DNA of 64,000 bases. Origin: a virus. The DNA lies in IMG/VR virus record IMGVR_UViG_3300032294_003343, positions 64,001-128,000 of that record; one strand, given 5' to 3'. The notes beneath the pieces were generated by a model, which worked only from the letters and a program-made list of their open reading frames with translations, searched no databases and was not told where the DNA came from. Shown in pieces: positions 1 through 10,083 of this stretch (positions within the stretch are counted from its first letter, which is position 1; the number at the start of each line of letters is the position of its first letter). Made by a program: the position numbers and the translations under genes.

Positions 1-802
1 TTGTTGGTTCTGATAATGAAACTGTAAGTGTTCTAGAATATCTATGTATTTTTTTGTCAAAACATCCCAAAAATAATTTATTATAAGCTGATACCATTGA
101 AAGAATGCCACCAGAAACTGCAGCTAATTCTCCAAACGGATACACTTGTTCCCATTGACTACCACTATATGCAGTGCTCAACTTTGCTCTAAACAATCTT
201 GGTAATTGATCAGAGGCAACATACAAATAAGGTTCAGTTTCATGCTCAAATTTGTGTGAAATCATCGTAGAAGCAGATAGATCTACACTGTTTTCCTGCA
301 AAATAAAAACTGGACCGCTAATGTATTCACCATTGTAGAACCAAATCTTTCCAGAAACACCAGATAAATAAATTCCATCATCAGCAGCAACCATTGAAGT
401 GATTGCTCTTTCACCCTGGTTTGAAAAATCAATTATCTTTTCAAATGACACAAGATTAGCTGTATGGATTGATGCATAATATTTTTCTAAAACTACATTG
501 ATAGTTGAAGCAGTGATTGGAGTTTCAAAGATTAGATAGTTTTTGTAATCGTCTACACCATAATTTACTGATGAGTTAACTGTAAGTTCATCTTGTGAAT
601 TAACTTTATAGACTCTTCCCAAATCATCAGAATTGGTGCCTACAAGTTTATAAGCAGTTCCAGCAGTGTATGCAGGATCTAAACTGTCCACCAAAGATAT
701 GTTAGTAAATCTTTTCTTTGTGATACCAGAAAAGTATAATATTTTTTCGCTATCGTTAGGACCTTTCCAAGAACAACTAGCTGTAAAAATTGTTGGCACC
801 AT
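1..802 (-). CDS. Partial (runs off the window's left edge) virion structural protein, beta-propeller-like
   Basis: Not in the ORF track. Translated by hand from the ATG at 802 (TAATG overlap with the upstream stop): MVPTIFTASCSWKGPNDSEK...AITSMVAADDGIYLSGVSGKIWFYNG...GILSMVSAYNKLFLGCFDKKIHRY, open to position 1. The repeated 'I.SM....++.G..G.I..Y' units resemble propeller blades. Confidence 0.8.
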   Translation of the reverse strand, partial: MVPTIFTASCSWKGPNDSEKILYFSGITKKRFTNISLVDSLDPAYTAGTAYKLVGTNSDDLGRVYKVNSQDELTVNSSVNYGVDDYKNYLIFETPITASTINVVLEKYYASIHTANLVSFEKIIDFSNQGERAITSMVAADDGIYLSGVSGKIWFYNGEYISGPVFILQENSVDLSASTMISHKFEHETEPYLYVASDQLPRLFRAKLSTAYSGSQWEQVYPFGELAAVSGGILSMVSAYNKLFLGCFDKKIHRYSRTLTVSLSEPT

Positions 803-3800
803 TATACTTTTGGTCTCCTAATTGCATTCCACTTAACTTCAGGTTGTGTAATATTATTTCCAAAGTCTCTGAACTTAATTTCAACTTTCTTAACTCCATC
901 ACTTTCGCCTGTAAAATCAACCTTTACATATGGAGAATAAGGTATCCACTCTGACCAAGCGCCATTTCCAGAGTCTAACAATCTTCTAATTTGGAAATCT
1001 TTGATACCAGTGACTAAGTCAAAACCATCAATTTTCATCCAAGATTCTGGCAAATTAGATATTGAAGTTTCTTGATTAGTTTTGGGATTAAAGAAACTAA
1101 CTGTGCCAAATGGCTCCTGTGTATCTACTAAAGCTTGTGAAGTAGCAACAAAGCTAATTGGATTTGATTCAGACACATTACCCATATAGTCCATTAATTG
1201 AACCCAGATTTTTCTTTGTCCTGAAAAACCAATATTTTGATTTTGGAATGCTGTGTTTTGTGGTCCTAAAGCATAATAATTCAAATGACCATACAGATAT
1301 AAATAATATTCATTCTCACCGCTAACTATAAACTTATCCCAAGGAAGCCAAGGCGTGTAATTTATGAAAGAATTATCTATCTCTTTACCAACTCTAAATG
1401 CAAGAATTCCTGACTCATTGTCTTCGGCTTGTATAGATAATTGAACCATTCTCAAGGTTGATTCATTCGCAACCAAAATGTTTGGCACATCTCCAAGATA
1501 TGAAGGTGCATTGATATCTATCTTTGATGCACTGCTTAATTTAGTGGGGTAGCTTGAAATATTTCCATGAGAAATAGCTCTAACTCTGTATTGAATTGCA
1601 TTGTTTTGAGTAGAATTTGCTGCTTTTTCCTCGTATTTAGTATGAAGTTTGTGCCAAAGGTTATTTGCTCTTCTGTATCCTGTAAATTCACCGTTTTGGA
1701 TATAATCCACATCAGAAAGTTCTATACCGTTTGCTCTTCCAAGCGCAGAATTGAATGGTACTGTAATTGCCACCCAAATTACATCAGATTGAGAAATATT
1801 GTTATTCCAATCTGAATCATCTAATTTCACTTGAACTAAATTATTGTTTGGACTGTTAGTAAAACCAGCTACAAATGGATTGTAAGATACAGATTTCCAA
1901 GATGTCAATGGATTACTATAATCTGGCAAAGAACCAATATTGCCAAAGAATCTTATTTTCAATTCATCCATAGGGAAAGATTTATTATTAGCATTCCAAT
2001 GCAATTTGAATTCGAATAGTTTTGGCTTAGTTGAAGATACAAAGTTTGAAATTTCACCAATAGTAATCGATTTGAAGAAAGTTGTGCTTACAAATCTATC
2101 AACTAAATTACCATTAAATGTTACATTTGATTTGTACCAATTTGTATTAGCATTAATTGTTCCACTAATAACTCTCAAAGGCACATCATAACCTGTGGAA
2201 GTGATAGCAAAACCAGAAACAGATTTTATATAAACGCCATTTTCAGAGTTCTCTATTTGATCTTTAACAAGAATTTTACTTCCAACTGCCAAAGAAGATA
2301 ATGAAGTTCCATCTATAGTAAGAGATGTTATGTTAGCAATAGATATGTTTGTTCCAGTAGTTGCTAATGAAATTTGCTCCACTACAGGCTGTGTTGCTGC
2401 AAATGATAAATTTGAAGTTCCAAGTGTAATAGGATCTGGTGTTGTTAAGTACCATTTTGTACTTGCATAATCATAATCCATCGGAATTCTTACTACCATG
2501 CCTGAATAAATTTCTTCACTTGAGTTCATTTCAGGAACTCTTTCTAATCTCCAGGCAGTTGAAGCTGTTCCAACTCTCGTCTGATAGTAAACACCATTTT
2601 GTGATGTTGTTGCCTGGCCAGCTACAAAAATATAATCTGTAGTAGAAGTAATAAAACTTCCATTTAAGAGTAATGTACCCGCAGTTCCAGCAGTTAATCT
2701 ATTTGAAGAGTAAGTTGGAGAATTTGGTAATGGGGTAAAGCTATATTGCTGTGCATCTAAAGTTAATTTTGGTAAAGTATTAGCTGTATCGTATTGGTAA
2801 TCAATTAAGTCAGTCAAACCACTTAGTAATTTTTGACCTAAATAGTGTTTGGAGTTAGTCAAGCCTTCATCTGATAAAAGAGTTGATTTGATTGTGCTGT
2901 CATTATCAAATTGTTCTTTATAAACGTTAGGAATTCCAGACCATTTCAAATCTTGGAAATAAGTTGAGCCATCACTGTTATATGAGCTTTTTCTAACGCC
3001 AAAACCAACAAAGTATCCTAATCCAGAAGTGTTAGAATTAATGGGTAAAAGCATATCAGTTACTCCTACAACATTGATTCCACTTCCGGTAATTTCTTTG
3101 ACTAGTAAAAATGTTCCAGTGGATGTTTTATTCTTGTATCTACCTGTGTAAGAATTTGGTAGTTGATCTGTTATTTCAAATAAAAATTTAGTTACATCTG
3201 TTTGAGGTTGATAAGATCTCAAAACTTGTCTTCTTAATTTATTATCTTCAGTTCTATAAGAAACAGAAATTTCATTCTTTTCACCACTGAACTTTACTAA
3301 GATAGTCGGAGCATTGAGTGGAGCATCGGAATAAGCGAAACCATCATCACATCTTACTCCAAAAGGTCTATCCCAGTTTACAGTAAGATTATTTTGTGTA
3401 TGAGATCTGAATGAAGATACTGAACTAAAAGCAACATATACGTCATCAGATCCATGTTTGAAAGCTAACTCGAATCTACATCTATTGCTTAATGATGGTT
3501 TATATAATTGTAGTTCGTAATGTAAAGGAATGACGTATGAATTTGAACTATCTAATTTATCTATTTCATAAAGTTCAGATGTGATATTTGTTGTGAAAGA
3601 TAAAGCTGAAGGAGCATCTGTAAGGACAATAAAATCTTCATTTACAGAATCGCTCCAGCCATATTCAATTTCTGTTAGTGGAGAATTAATTATGGCTATG
3701 TCATCATTGGTGCAATCACCAATATCAATTGAAAGTTTAGATTTTCCTTGAGCTAGGAATAACTCTTCGACTACTAAACCACCAGAAAAAGTTGTTCCTG

Positions 3801-5154
3801 TAGCTTGTGATATTTGATAACCAAAAGCACTTCCTACAGATGAACTGCCAAAAGAAGTAAGTATTGCATTGCCTAATAAATAACTTTTTCTTGATGCTAC
3901 AGATTGATCTATATATGGTGTGTAATAAGCTTCTACCATACATAAATTAGTAGTACCCATAGATGAGTAATACATTTCCATAACACCACCAGATTGAAGC
4001 AACGGTAAAATACTATGAGGTAATGTAGTAGTTTGCTTGCTTGCACTATCAGATCCATTAATTCTTGTGTAGAGATATGCTGTTGGATTGTCGTTATTAG
4101 GTATATCAACTCTACAAACAATTTCATTACCATTTGCACTAGTGTCTGGAGCAGCATAAAGTTTCATGAATGCTTGCGAAGTCACAGCAACACCAGAGGT
4201 TGTGAAAGAGAAACCTGCTTGTGAATAAAAGTCAGTCTTATTTGTAGATGGTACTAATTTTGTTCTGCTGTAGAAAAATGCACCTTTACCATAACTAGCA
4301 CTTGTAAGACCAATATTTGCGCCTAATGAAAGCGATGAAGAAGAATAATTACCATCAAAATATCTGTAAGTGTTTAGTGTTGTAGATGCTATAGATGCTG
4401 ATGGTATAAGTGTTCTCTTTACACTATTACGGGCAGAATAAGCATCATATGTTCCGCCAGTGTTTGAAATTTCGTAAACACTTGCTATATATCTACCAAT
4501 TCCTGAAGATTCTGTTTGAGCTGCAACTTGATTTCCACTAACAAATGACAGAAGGGTATTTTTTCCTACAAACCCAGACTTTGCACTTGGAATCTCTGGA
4601 AAATCAGGATTTACTGGAATTTGACCTTCCCATCTAATTTGGTCAAATATACCATAACCCATTGGATACTCAATATCGGTACCATTAGGCCCTTCAAGAA
4701 TGGCCTTCATATAAACAGTTGAGAGACCACCTGATGCACTCAAAGGCCAATTATAAACCTTAAATAATCCAGTTCCTGCTATTGGAGTTGCCATAGTCCC
4801 TTGATTAAGAGTATTGTCAAAGAAATATAATGGATTTAAAGTATATTCATAATCAAAATCTGGGTCATAAACATAAGAACTTGAAGGCCAGTTTGATATA
4901 GCTACTGTTGCTGTAGGTTCAAATTCTGGGTCGTTTGAAAGATATAGAGTTTTGATTCTTCTTAAATAAGTAAGCTCACGAGTGCCACTATCTCTTACTT
5001 CAAAACTAAAAGTAAGAGTATTTTGATTATCGTCAAGGGTTGGATCTTTAGAATATGAATTACTTGAATATGGTTGTCCCAGATTTATAAATTCAGATTG
5101 AAGATATCCACTTGTAAGATTATTGGGTAAAATTATTGAAACGTTATATGGCAC
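802..5154 (-). CDS. Large virion/tail fibre-associated protein, 1450 aa
   Basis: GTG start with GGTGG upstream; S/T-rich and beta-rich. Two copies of a motif common in phage fibre/virion proteins (GQATTSQNGVY...WRLER...WYLTTPDPITLGTSNLSF and ILVKDQIENSENGVY...VISGTINANTNW). Two C-terminal Ig-like units (GILAFRVG..PWLPW / GIKDFQIR..WSEWIPY..DGVKKVEIKFRD). Confidence 0.75.
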   Translation of the reverse strand: MPYNVSIILPNNLTSGYLQSEFINLGQPYSSNSYSKDPTLDDNQNTLTFSFEVRDSGTRELTYLRRIKTLYLSNDPEFEPTATVAISNWPSSSYVYDPDFDYEYTLNPLYFFDNTLNQGTMATPIAGTGLFKVYNWPLSASGGLSTVYMKAILEGPNGTDIEYPMGYGIFDQIRWEGQIPVNPDFPEIPSAKSGFVGKNTLLSFVSGNQVAAQTESSGIGRYIASVYEISNTGGTYDAYSARNSVKRTLIPSASIASTTLNTYRYFDGNYSSSSLSLGANIGLTSASYGKGAFFYSRTKLVPSTNKTDFYSQAGFSFTTSGVAVTSQAFMKLYAAPDTSANGNEIVCRVDIPNNDNPTAYLYTRINGSDSASKQTTTLPHSILPLLQSGGVMEMYYSSMGTTNLCMVEAYYTPYIDQSVASRKSYLLGNAILTSFGSSSVGSAFGYQISQATGTTFSGGLVVEELFLAQGKSKLSIDIGDCTNDDIAIINSPLTEIEYGWSDSVNEDFIVLTDAPSALSFTTNITSELYEIDKLDSSNSYVIPLHYELQLYKPSLSNRCRFELAFKHGSDDVYVAFSSVSSFRSHTQNNLTVNWDRPFGVRCDDGFAYSDAPLNAPTILVKFSGEKNEISVSYRTEDNKLRRQVLRSYQPQTDVTKFLFEITDQLPNSYTGRYKNKTSTGTFLLVKEITGSGINVVGVTDMLLPINSNTSGLGYFVGFGVRKSSYNSDGSTYFQDLKWSGIPNVYKEQFDNDSTIKSTLLSDEGLTNSKHYLGQKLLSGLTDLIDYQYDTANTLPKLTLDAQQYSFTPLPNSPTYSSNRLTAGTAGTLLLNGSFITSTTDYIFVAGQATTSQNGVYYQTRVGTASTAWRLERVPEMNSSEEIYSGMVVRIPMDYDYASTKWYLTTPDPITLGTSNLSFAATQPVVEQISLATTGTNISIANITSLTIDGTSLSSLAVGSKILVKDQIENSENGVYIKSVSGFAITSTGYDVPLRVISGTINANTNWYKSNVTFNGNLVDRFVSTTFFKSITIGEISNFVSSTKPKLFEFKLHWNANNKSFPMDELKIRFFGNIGSLPDYSNPLTSWKSVSYNPFVAGFTNSPNNNLVQVKLDDSDWNNNISQSDVIWVAITVPFNSALGRANGIELSDVDYIQNGEFTGYRRANNLWHKLHTKYEEKAANSTQNNAIQYRVRAISHGNISSYPTKLSSASKIDINAPSYLGDVPNILVANESTLRMVQLSIQAEDNESGILAFRVGKEIDNSFINYTPWLPWDKFIVSGENEYYLYLYGHLNYYALGPQNTAFQNQNIGFSGQRKIWVQLMDYMGNVSESNPISFVATSQALVDTQEPFGTVSFFNPKTNQETSISNLPESWMKIDGFDLVTGIKDFQIRRLLDSGNGAWSEWIPYSPYVKVDFTGESDGVKKVEIKFRDFGNNITQPEVKWNAIRRPKV

Positions 5155-5211
5155 TTGTAACCACCGCTAAACAGGGAATATTAAAATATTCTTTGCCAGC
5201 CGATGTAGCCC

Positions 5212-6177
5212 CTATAAAAGTTGAAAATCAAACTGGAAAGGTATTGATTTTTGTACAGTTAATGGGCAATGCACATCAAAGTACATAAATCCATCTACAA
5301 AATCAATATTGTTATATCTACCTTGTTTATAGAAAGTATATGAAGCTGAATAAACAGATATATCATTAGTTGTGTCAGCAGAAACAAAATACATATCAAC
5401 ATACACTGGTGCTTTGACTGTATCTAAACCGTTTGGTAAATAAACCTTGAGTTGTAAATTAGGTGAAAGATCTCCAGCAGACAATGTGTTTTCAATTATT
5501 GTATTGCAAATTATCTTGAAATAAATTGTTTTAGAAATTGGTCCATTGCCATTATTGTAATATTCAACATCATCTGTAGATGAATTTGAGTTTATTAATG
5601 CTGGAACAGTGGAAATTACAGGGTTTCCTTGCCTTACTGGTCTTGGAATAGATAATGAAGAATCATCATAACTTCCAATTGAAAATTCAGGCATTTTGCT
5701 AGTATCATCTATGATGAAAGGATTAGTAGCGTTAAACGCCTTAAAGTTTTGTGCACTAAAACTCTTTGCAAAAAAGTTCAATTCAGAAATTTTAACACCA
5801 TTTATAGATTTGTCTAAAATGATGATAAGAGTGTCATTAGATTCAAAGCTATATTTTGTATTTTGAAAATTAATTACATAGTCTTTGTCTCCTAATGAAA
5901 AAATTATGTAATTAGGATCAACTTCTACTATAGAATCAAACTTAAACTTGACAGAAACAAATTGAACATAAGAAATTATTTTTTCAAAACTTATTTCACA
6001 AAAGTTTTCTGATATAGTCAAATTTGCAACAGTTTGTTTCTTAAGCAACAATCTAATATTGTTATCACTTTGACTAATAAGGTAATTTTTATCATAAGAT
6101 GTGAACTCAAATGATAAAATATTTTCATCATCAATGACACTTATGATTGGTTTATTGTTTTCAATTTGTAAATTCAT
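5212..6177 (-). CDS. Hypothetical protein, 321 aa (probably structural)
   Basis: Long ORF in the leftward structural operon, 3 nt from the upstream gene; no motif recognised. Confidence 0.65.
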   Translation of the reverse strand: MNLQIENNKPIISVIDDENILSFEFTSYDKNYLISQSDNNIRLLLKKQTVANLTISENFCEISFEKIISYVQFVSVKFKFDSIVEVDPNYIIFSLGDKDYVINFQNTKYSFESNDTLIIILDKSINGVKISELNFFAKSFSAQNFKAFNATNPFIIDDTSKMPEFSIGSYDDSSLSIPRPVRQGNPVISTVPALINSNSSTDDVEYYNNGNGPISKTIYFKIICNTIIENTLSAGDLSPNLQLKVYLPNGLDTVKAPVYVDMYFVSADTTNDISVYSASYTFYKQGRYNNIDFVDGFMYFDVHCPLTVQKSIPFQFDFQLL

Positions 6178-6180
6178 AAT

Positions 6181-9100
6181 TTATTCCGATACTAAAATAT
6201 TGTCATTGGAAATAATACGCATACCTTTAGGATGAAATAGCTCATTGTTATCTCCCCAAGTTGACAATATTGTTCCAGAATTATTGACTAAATGTAATCT
6301 TGAGTTTGCACCAAAATTTATTACATCATCAGTCAAAGCGTAGAAATTAGAATAATCTGTTGCTGGACCTGGGAGAGCTTTAACTACATCATTATTAAAT
6401 GTCAGCTTTGTTTCTATATATCCATTTGAAATATTGTAAACTTGTAATTTTCCAGTGTCATTGATATCTAAAGCTGGACTACCTAGAAGAACATTACCAT
6501 TAGGAAGTAAATATGCTGACCCAAGCTTGTTATCATAGTAATTTACGATATCAGATGTAATTGCCCATTTCAAAGTTAGGTCTGTATTGTCAGAATAACA
6601 GAGAACAGAATTTGAATGTGGTTGAGCAATAACAATCAATGAATTTGTTTCATCGTATTGAACTGAAACTGGATTGTAAATATTTGCAAAATAAATTGGC
6701 CCTTGCAACAAATCCAAAATAATATCATTGGTTTGTGAATTTGGTCCATACATTTCAGTTGTTGATACTACACCATCACCATTGTAGTCAGTCACAGAAT
6801 TTACAACAGTAGTAGTTGTAGGTAATCCTGTAGTAACTGTTGATGTTCCTGTGATTGAAGTACTAATTCCAGCTACAAATTGTTCTGTTCTATTTGTAGT
6901 TGAAACTGTTGAGGTTGGAATAATCGCTGACAAGGCTGTATTTGTGTTCAGTGAATTTCCAGAATTAGTAAAGCAACCTCTGTCAAGTCTTACTTTTTTA
7001 GTAAGAGAATTATTGATTGCTGTGTTTAAAGCTATACCTTCAACTGTGTCCTTGATAGTAAATACATATGTTGAAGAAGAATCAAAAATTGGTTCTAGAT
7101 AATCTCCAGATAATCTAGTATCATCTCCTCTAACTGAGATGTTGTCATAAGTGATATAAATTTTTGTCAAATCCACAAAAGATATGTTTTGTGAAAAAGC
7201 GATAAATATTTTTCTTGTATTAGGATTGAATGAAGCAGAAAGAGCCACAAAATCTCTAGATGTAAGTTTAAGTCTGATATTACCCTGAATAACTTTGGTA
7301 AATACTCCATTGATATCAGTCATAATAATTCTATCATTTTTGCTATCACAAATAATGTTTCCACCATTGGGCAAAGATTGATAATCTGTAGGAGTATCTA
7401 AACCATAATTTGTTGATTTTAAGAATATTTGATTAGGAGTAAGATAATTTCTCAAAGTCCCAGCATCAATTCCATCTTCCACAGTCGTTTCAAGAACATT
7501 ACTTGCTGCTGATATCAAGTTATTATTTCTTAAATAAACCCAATTACCCACGTTTGAAGTGTCATAAATTTTGAGATAATTTGTGTCATCTGGATTAGTG
7601 ACTCCATATCCAGCATTTTTATTATAGTAAACATCACTTATCCATCCAAACTTTTGGTTAGTCGTATCAGTAATATTTCTATCATAAGATCTTGTTGTAG
7701 CACTACCAACAGTTGAGTAATTGATTCTTAGATTATTTACAGTCGGTGCTGCACTTTGAAATTCGTTTGAATATAAAGAAAACAAAACATCAAAATATCT
7801 ACCTGTACTTGAGTTTACATTTGGTGTAGCTATAATTACTTCAGTTTCAGATACGGTTTTCAAATTGTAGAATAAATCTGAACTTACATCTGATCTGCTC
7901 TGGACAGTATATTTTGTTCCAGAGGGTACATCAATGTCATATTGAACTTGATTGTATTGAGTATTAATATCTCCAGAATCAAATCTCATTAAGAAATTTG
8001 CATTTTTGTACTTATATATTTCATTCCAAACAAACACTGATGAAGTTTGGTCAATAGCATTTCTTCTTGCCAAAACTAAACTATCGTAGTTTCCTGATGA
8101 ATTAATTTGGGCATCAGTTGGAGTAAGTAGTTCAAATTTTGTTTGCTTCTCAGCATTCCAACCTTGATCTGTCGAAAAATAAAATCCAAAGCCCAGAATA
8201 GATGATTTTAAACTACTATCACCAAAATCAGATAAATTTACTGAGGAATAAGTAGCAGTTGAACCTATAAATCCATATGTAGTATCATCAAAAATCTTTA
8301 CGTTAGTAGCTGGAGTTATGTAGATTGTAGAAGAACCTGTACCCGTATTTGGAGCAAAATCAATCTTTTGATCATATTGTAAATTTGGATCAGTGCTTCC
8401 ATTACCAACTACCAAGAACATATAAATTTTGCCTAATGCTGCTCCTGTTTCTCCCAGACCTGCAGAAAAGCCAAAACCAACTTTAGAATCAAAATCCAAT
8501 GACACTGGTTGATTAAAAAGTGTGTAAGCATACAAACTTGTGTCTACTTTAACTTTGTTAGCTGCATAAGAAGTAGTGAAAACTAAACCAGTATCCCAAG
8601 ATCCAGTTGTGTCAAAAATACTTGAAACTGGTTGTGAAAGAGTAAGGTAATTTAGTGGAGTGTCAATTGTAAAACTACCTGTTGTTGCTGATCCTGCAAT
8701 CTTTATATTGCTGAAGAAAGCATTTGTAGTTGATCCTAAGGAAGACGCTACTGTTTTTGCTTGCAAAAAATCATTTTGTACTACGAATGATTTATCCCCT
8801 ACAAAACTACTCGATGTAACAGATCCACTAATTCCAGATCCTGATGTATTTGGTGCTGTATCATAAATTGTTGCTAAAGTATATTGACTTGGAACTGATG
8901 TAGTCTGAGCAAAATTAGCCGAATTACCAGTTGAAGCGTTTGCAGAAGTGTTTGGAAAAATACCTGGTACATAAGTGAAAGTATTTATTTGCGTTGAATC
9001 AATAAATGTAAATCCAACTCCGCCAGATTTTTTTAACGCAATCAACATCTGAAGTCTATTGGCTATAGAAAGATCTGACATTTTATCGTTAGCGTCATTA

Positions 9101-9846
9101 TTTACTACAGCCAGTAATGCAGTTTCTAATTGATCATGAGTCAGATTGCCTTTGTCCTCTAAGCTGTTATGACTTATTGTTGGAAGTCTTGCTGAATTTA
9201 AAATGCCAGTTGTAATTTTAGCAGCGTCAACAGAATTTATATTTTCACTAGTTATTTGGTTTTTAACTTCTAAGGATAAATCAATTGGAGAAGGATTTCC
9301 TGTTCCACCAATATGCTTGTGATTCTTAATTAGGTACGAAAGGGTTGAAAATAAAGTTATGTCTTGTCTTGTAGTTTCGTATAAATTAACAAGATTATTA
9401 GCTACATCAACATCCAAATATCCTAATGAAATGTAATTTACCGTGTCATTAATTTGTGTTAATGATGCTACAAAATCAACATCACCAGTAATAGCAGTGT
9501 TTTCATTTTCATAAGCATAAACATATACTTTTGATATTCCAACTGTAGTAGGAATTGTAGGCAAAGTAACATCTTTAGAAGCAGTAGTGTTTGCAGCTTT
9601 ATATGAAACAAAACCCTTGCCAGAAGTGATGGTTATTTTTGTAAGCTTAAATTCGTTTGAGTAAGTTTGAATACGCCATGATGGGACCGTTGGATCTTCT
9701 TCTATGATGCCATTCTTGAAAATTTGATACAGATTGTACATTTGATTTTCGATGGCTTTGAAACGATTCTCATCTAAATCAATGTTTTCTGAAAGATCTT
9801 GGTTTGGTTCAATATATCCAAACCCATAAATTGGTGTATTTCCCAT
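6181..9846 (-). CDS. Tail fibre/virion protein with C-terminal NHL/beta-propeller-like repeats, 1221 aa
   Basis: N-terminal TPIYGFGY...ENRFKAIENQ, then HKHIGG and DAAKITTGILNSARLP (fibre-type motifs). Propeller-like blades PNGGNIICDSKNDRII, LPNGNVLLG and LFHPKGMRIISNDNILVSE. Confidence 0.7.
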   Translation of the reverse strand: MGNTPIYGFGYIEPNQDLSENIDLDENRFKAIENQMYNLYQIFKNGIIEEDPTVPSWRIQTYSNEFKLTKITITSGKGFVSYKAANTTASKDVTLPTIPTTVGISKVYVYAYENENTAITGDVDFVASLTQINDTVNYISLGYLDVDVANNLVNLYETTRQDITLFSTLSYLIKNHKHIGGTGNPSPIDLSLEVKNQITSENINSVDAAKITTGILNSARLPTISHNSLEDKGNLTHDQLETALLAVVNNDANDKMSDLSIANRLQMLIALKKSGGVGFTFIDSTQINTFTYVPGIFPNTSANASTGNSANFAQTTSVPSQYTLATIYDTAPNTSGSGISGSVTSSSFVGDKSFVVQNDFLQAKTVASSLGSTTNAFFSNIKIAGSATTGSFTIDTPLNYLTLSQPVSSIFDTTGSWDTGLVFTTSYAANKVKVDTSLYAYTLFNQPVSLDFDSKVGFGFSAGLGETGAALGKIYMFLVVGNGSTDPNLQYDQKIDFAPNTGTGSSTIYITPATNVKIFDDTTYGFIGSTATYSSVNLSDFGDSSLKSSILGFGFYFSTDQGWNAEKQTKFELLTPTDAQINSSGNYDSLVLARRNAIDQTSSVFVWNEIYKYKNANFLMRFDSGDINTQYNQVQYDIDVPSGTKYTVQSRSDVSSDLFYNLKTVSETEVIIATPNVNSSTGRYFDVLFSLYSNEFQSAAPTVNNLRINYSTVGSATTRSYDRNITDTTNQKFGWISDVYYNKNAGYGVTNPDDTNYLKIYDTSNVGNWVYLRNNNLISAASNVLETTVEDGIDAGTLRNYLTPNQIFLKSTNYGLDTPTDYQSLPNGGNIICDSKNDRIIMTDINGVFTKVIQGNIRLKLTSRDFVALSASFNPNTRKIFIAFSQNISFVDLTKIYITYDNISVRGDDTRLSGDYLEPIFDSSSTYVFTIKDTVEGIALNTAINNSLTKKVRLDRGCFTNSGNSLNTNTALSAIIPTSTVSTTNRTEQFVAGISTSITGTSTVTTGLPTTTTVVNSVTDYNGDGVVSTTEMYGPNSQTNDIILDLLQGPIYFANIYNPVSVQYDETNSLIVIAQPHSNSVLCYSDNTDLTLKWAITSDIVNYYDNKLGSAYLLPNGNVLLGSPALDINDTGKLQVYNISNGYIETKLTFNNDVVKALPGPATDYSNFYALTDDVINFGANSRLHLVNNSGTILSTWGDNNELFHPKGMRIISNDNILVSE

Positions 9847-10073
9847 TACTTAATTTCTTGTGGTTTGTATTCTGATGTTACTTTTTCTACGCCCCAGTTT
9901 GCATAACCCCAGCGTAAAACATCTTGCTCTTCTATTATATTATTTTTATTGACATTGATAACTTGTAAAGCCTGAGTGACATTAGACCTTAAAGTCAAAC
10001 CACTTTGCATATTAATGGTATTTTGTCTAATTTGATCATTGATTACAAATGAAAGAGATTGAAATAATGGCAT
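9846..10073 (-). CDS. Small hypothetical protein, 75 aa (start revised from 10112)
   Basis: AAGGAG Shine-Dalgarno precedes the ATG at 10073 (MPLFQSL...). Its stop overlaps the next ATG (TAATG). C-terminus LRWGYANWG. Confidence 0.7.
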   Translation of the reverse strand: MPLFQSLSFVINDQIRQNTINMQSGLTLRSNVTQALQVINVNKNNIIEEQDVLRWGYANWGVEKVTSEYKPQEIK

Positions 10074-10083
10074 GTTAAACTCC

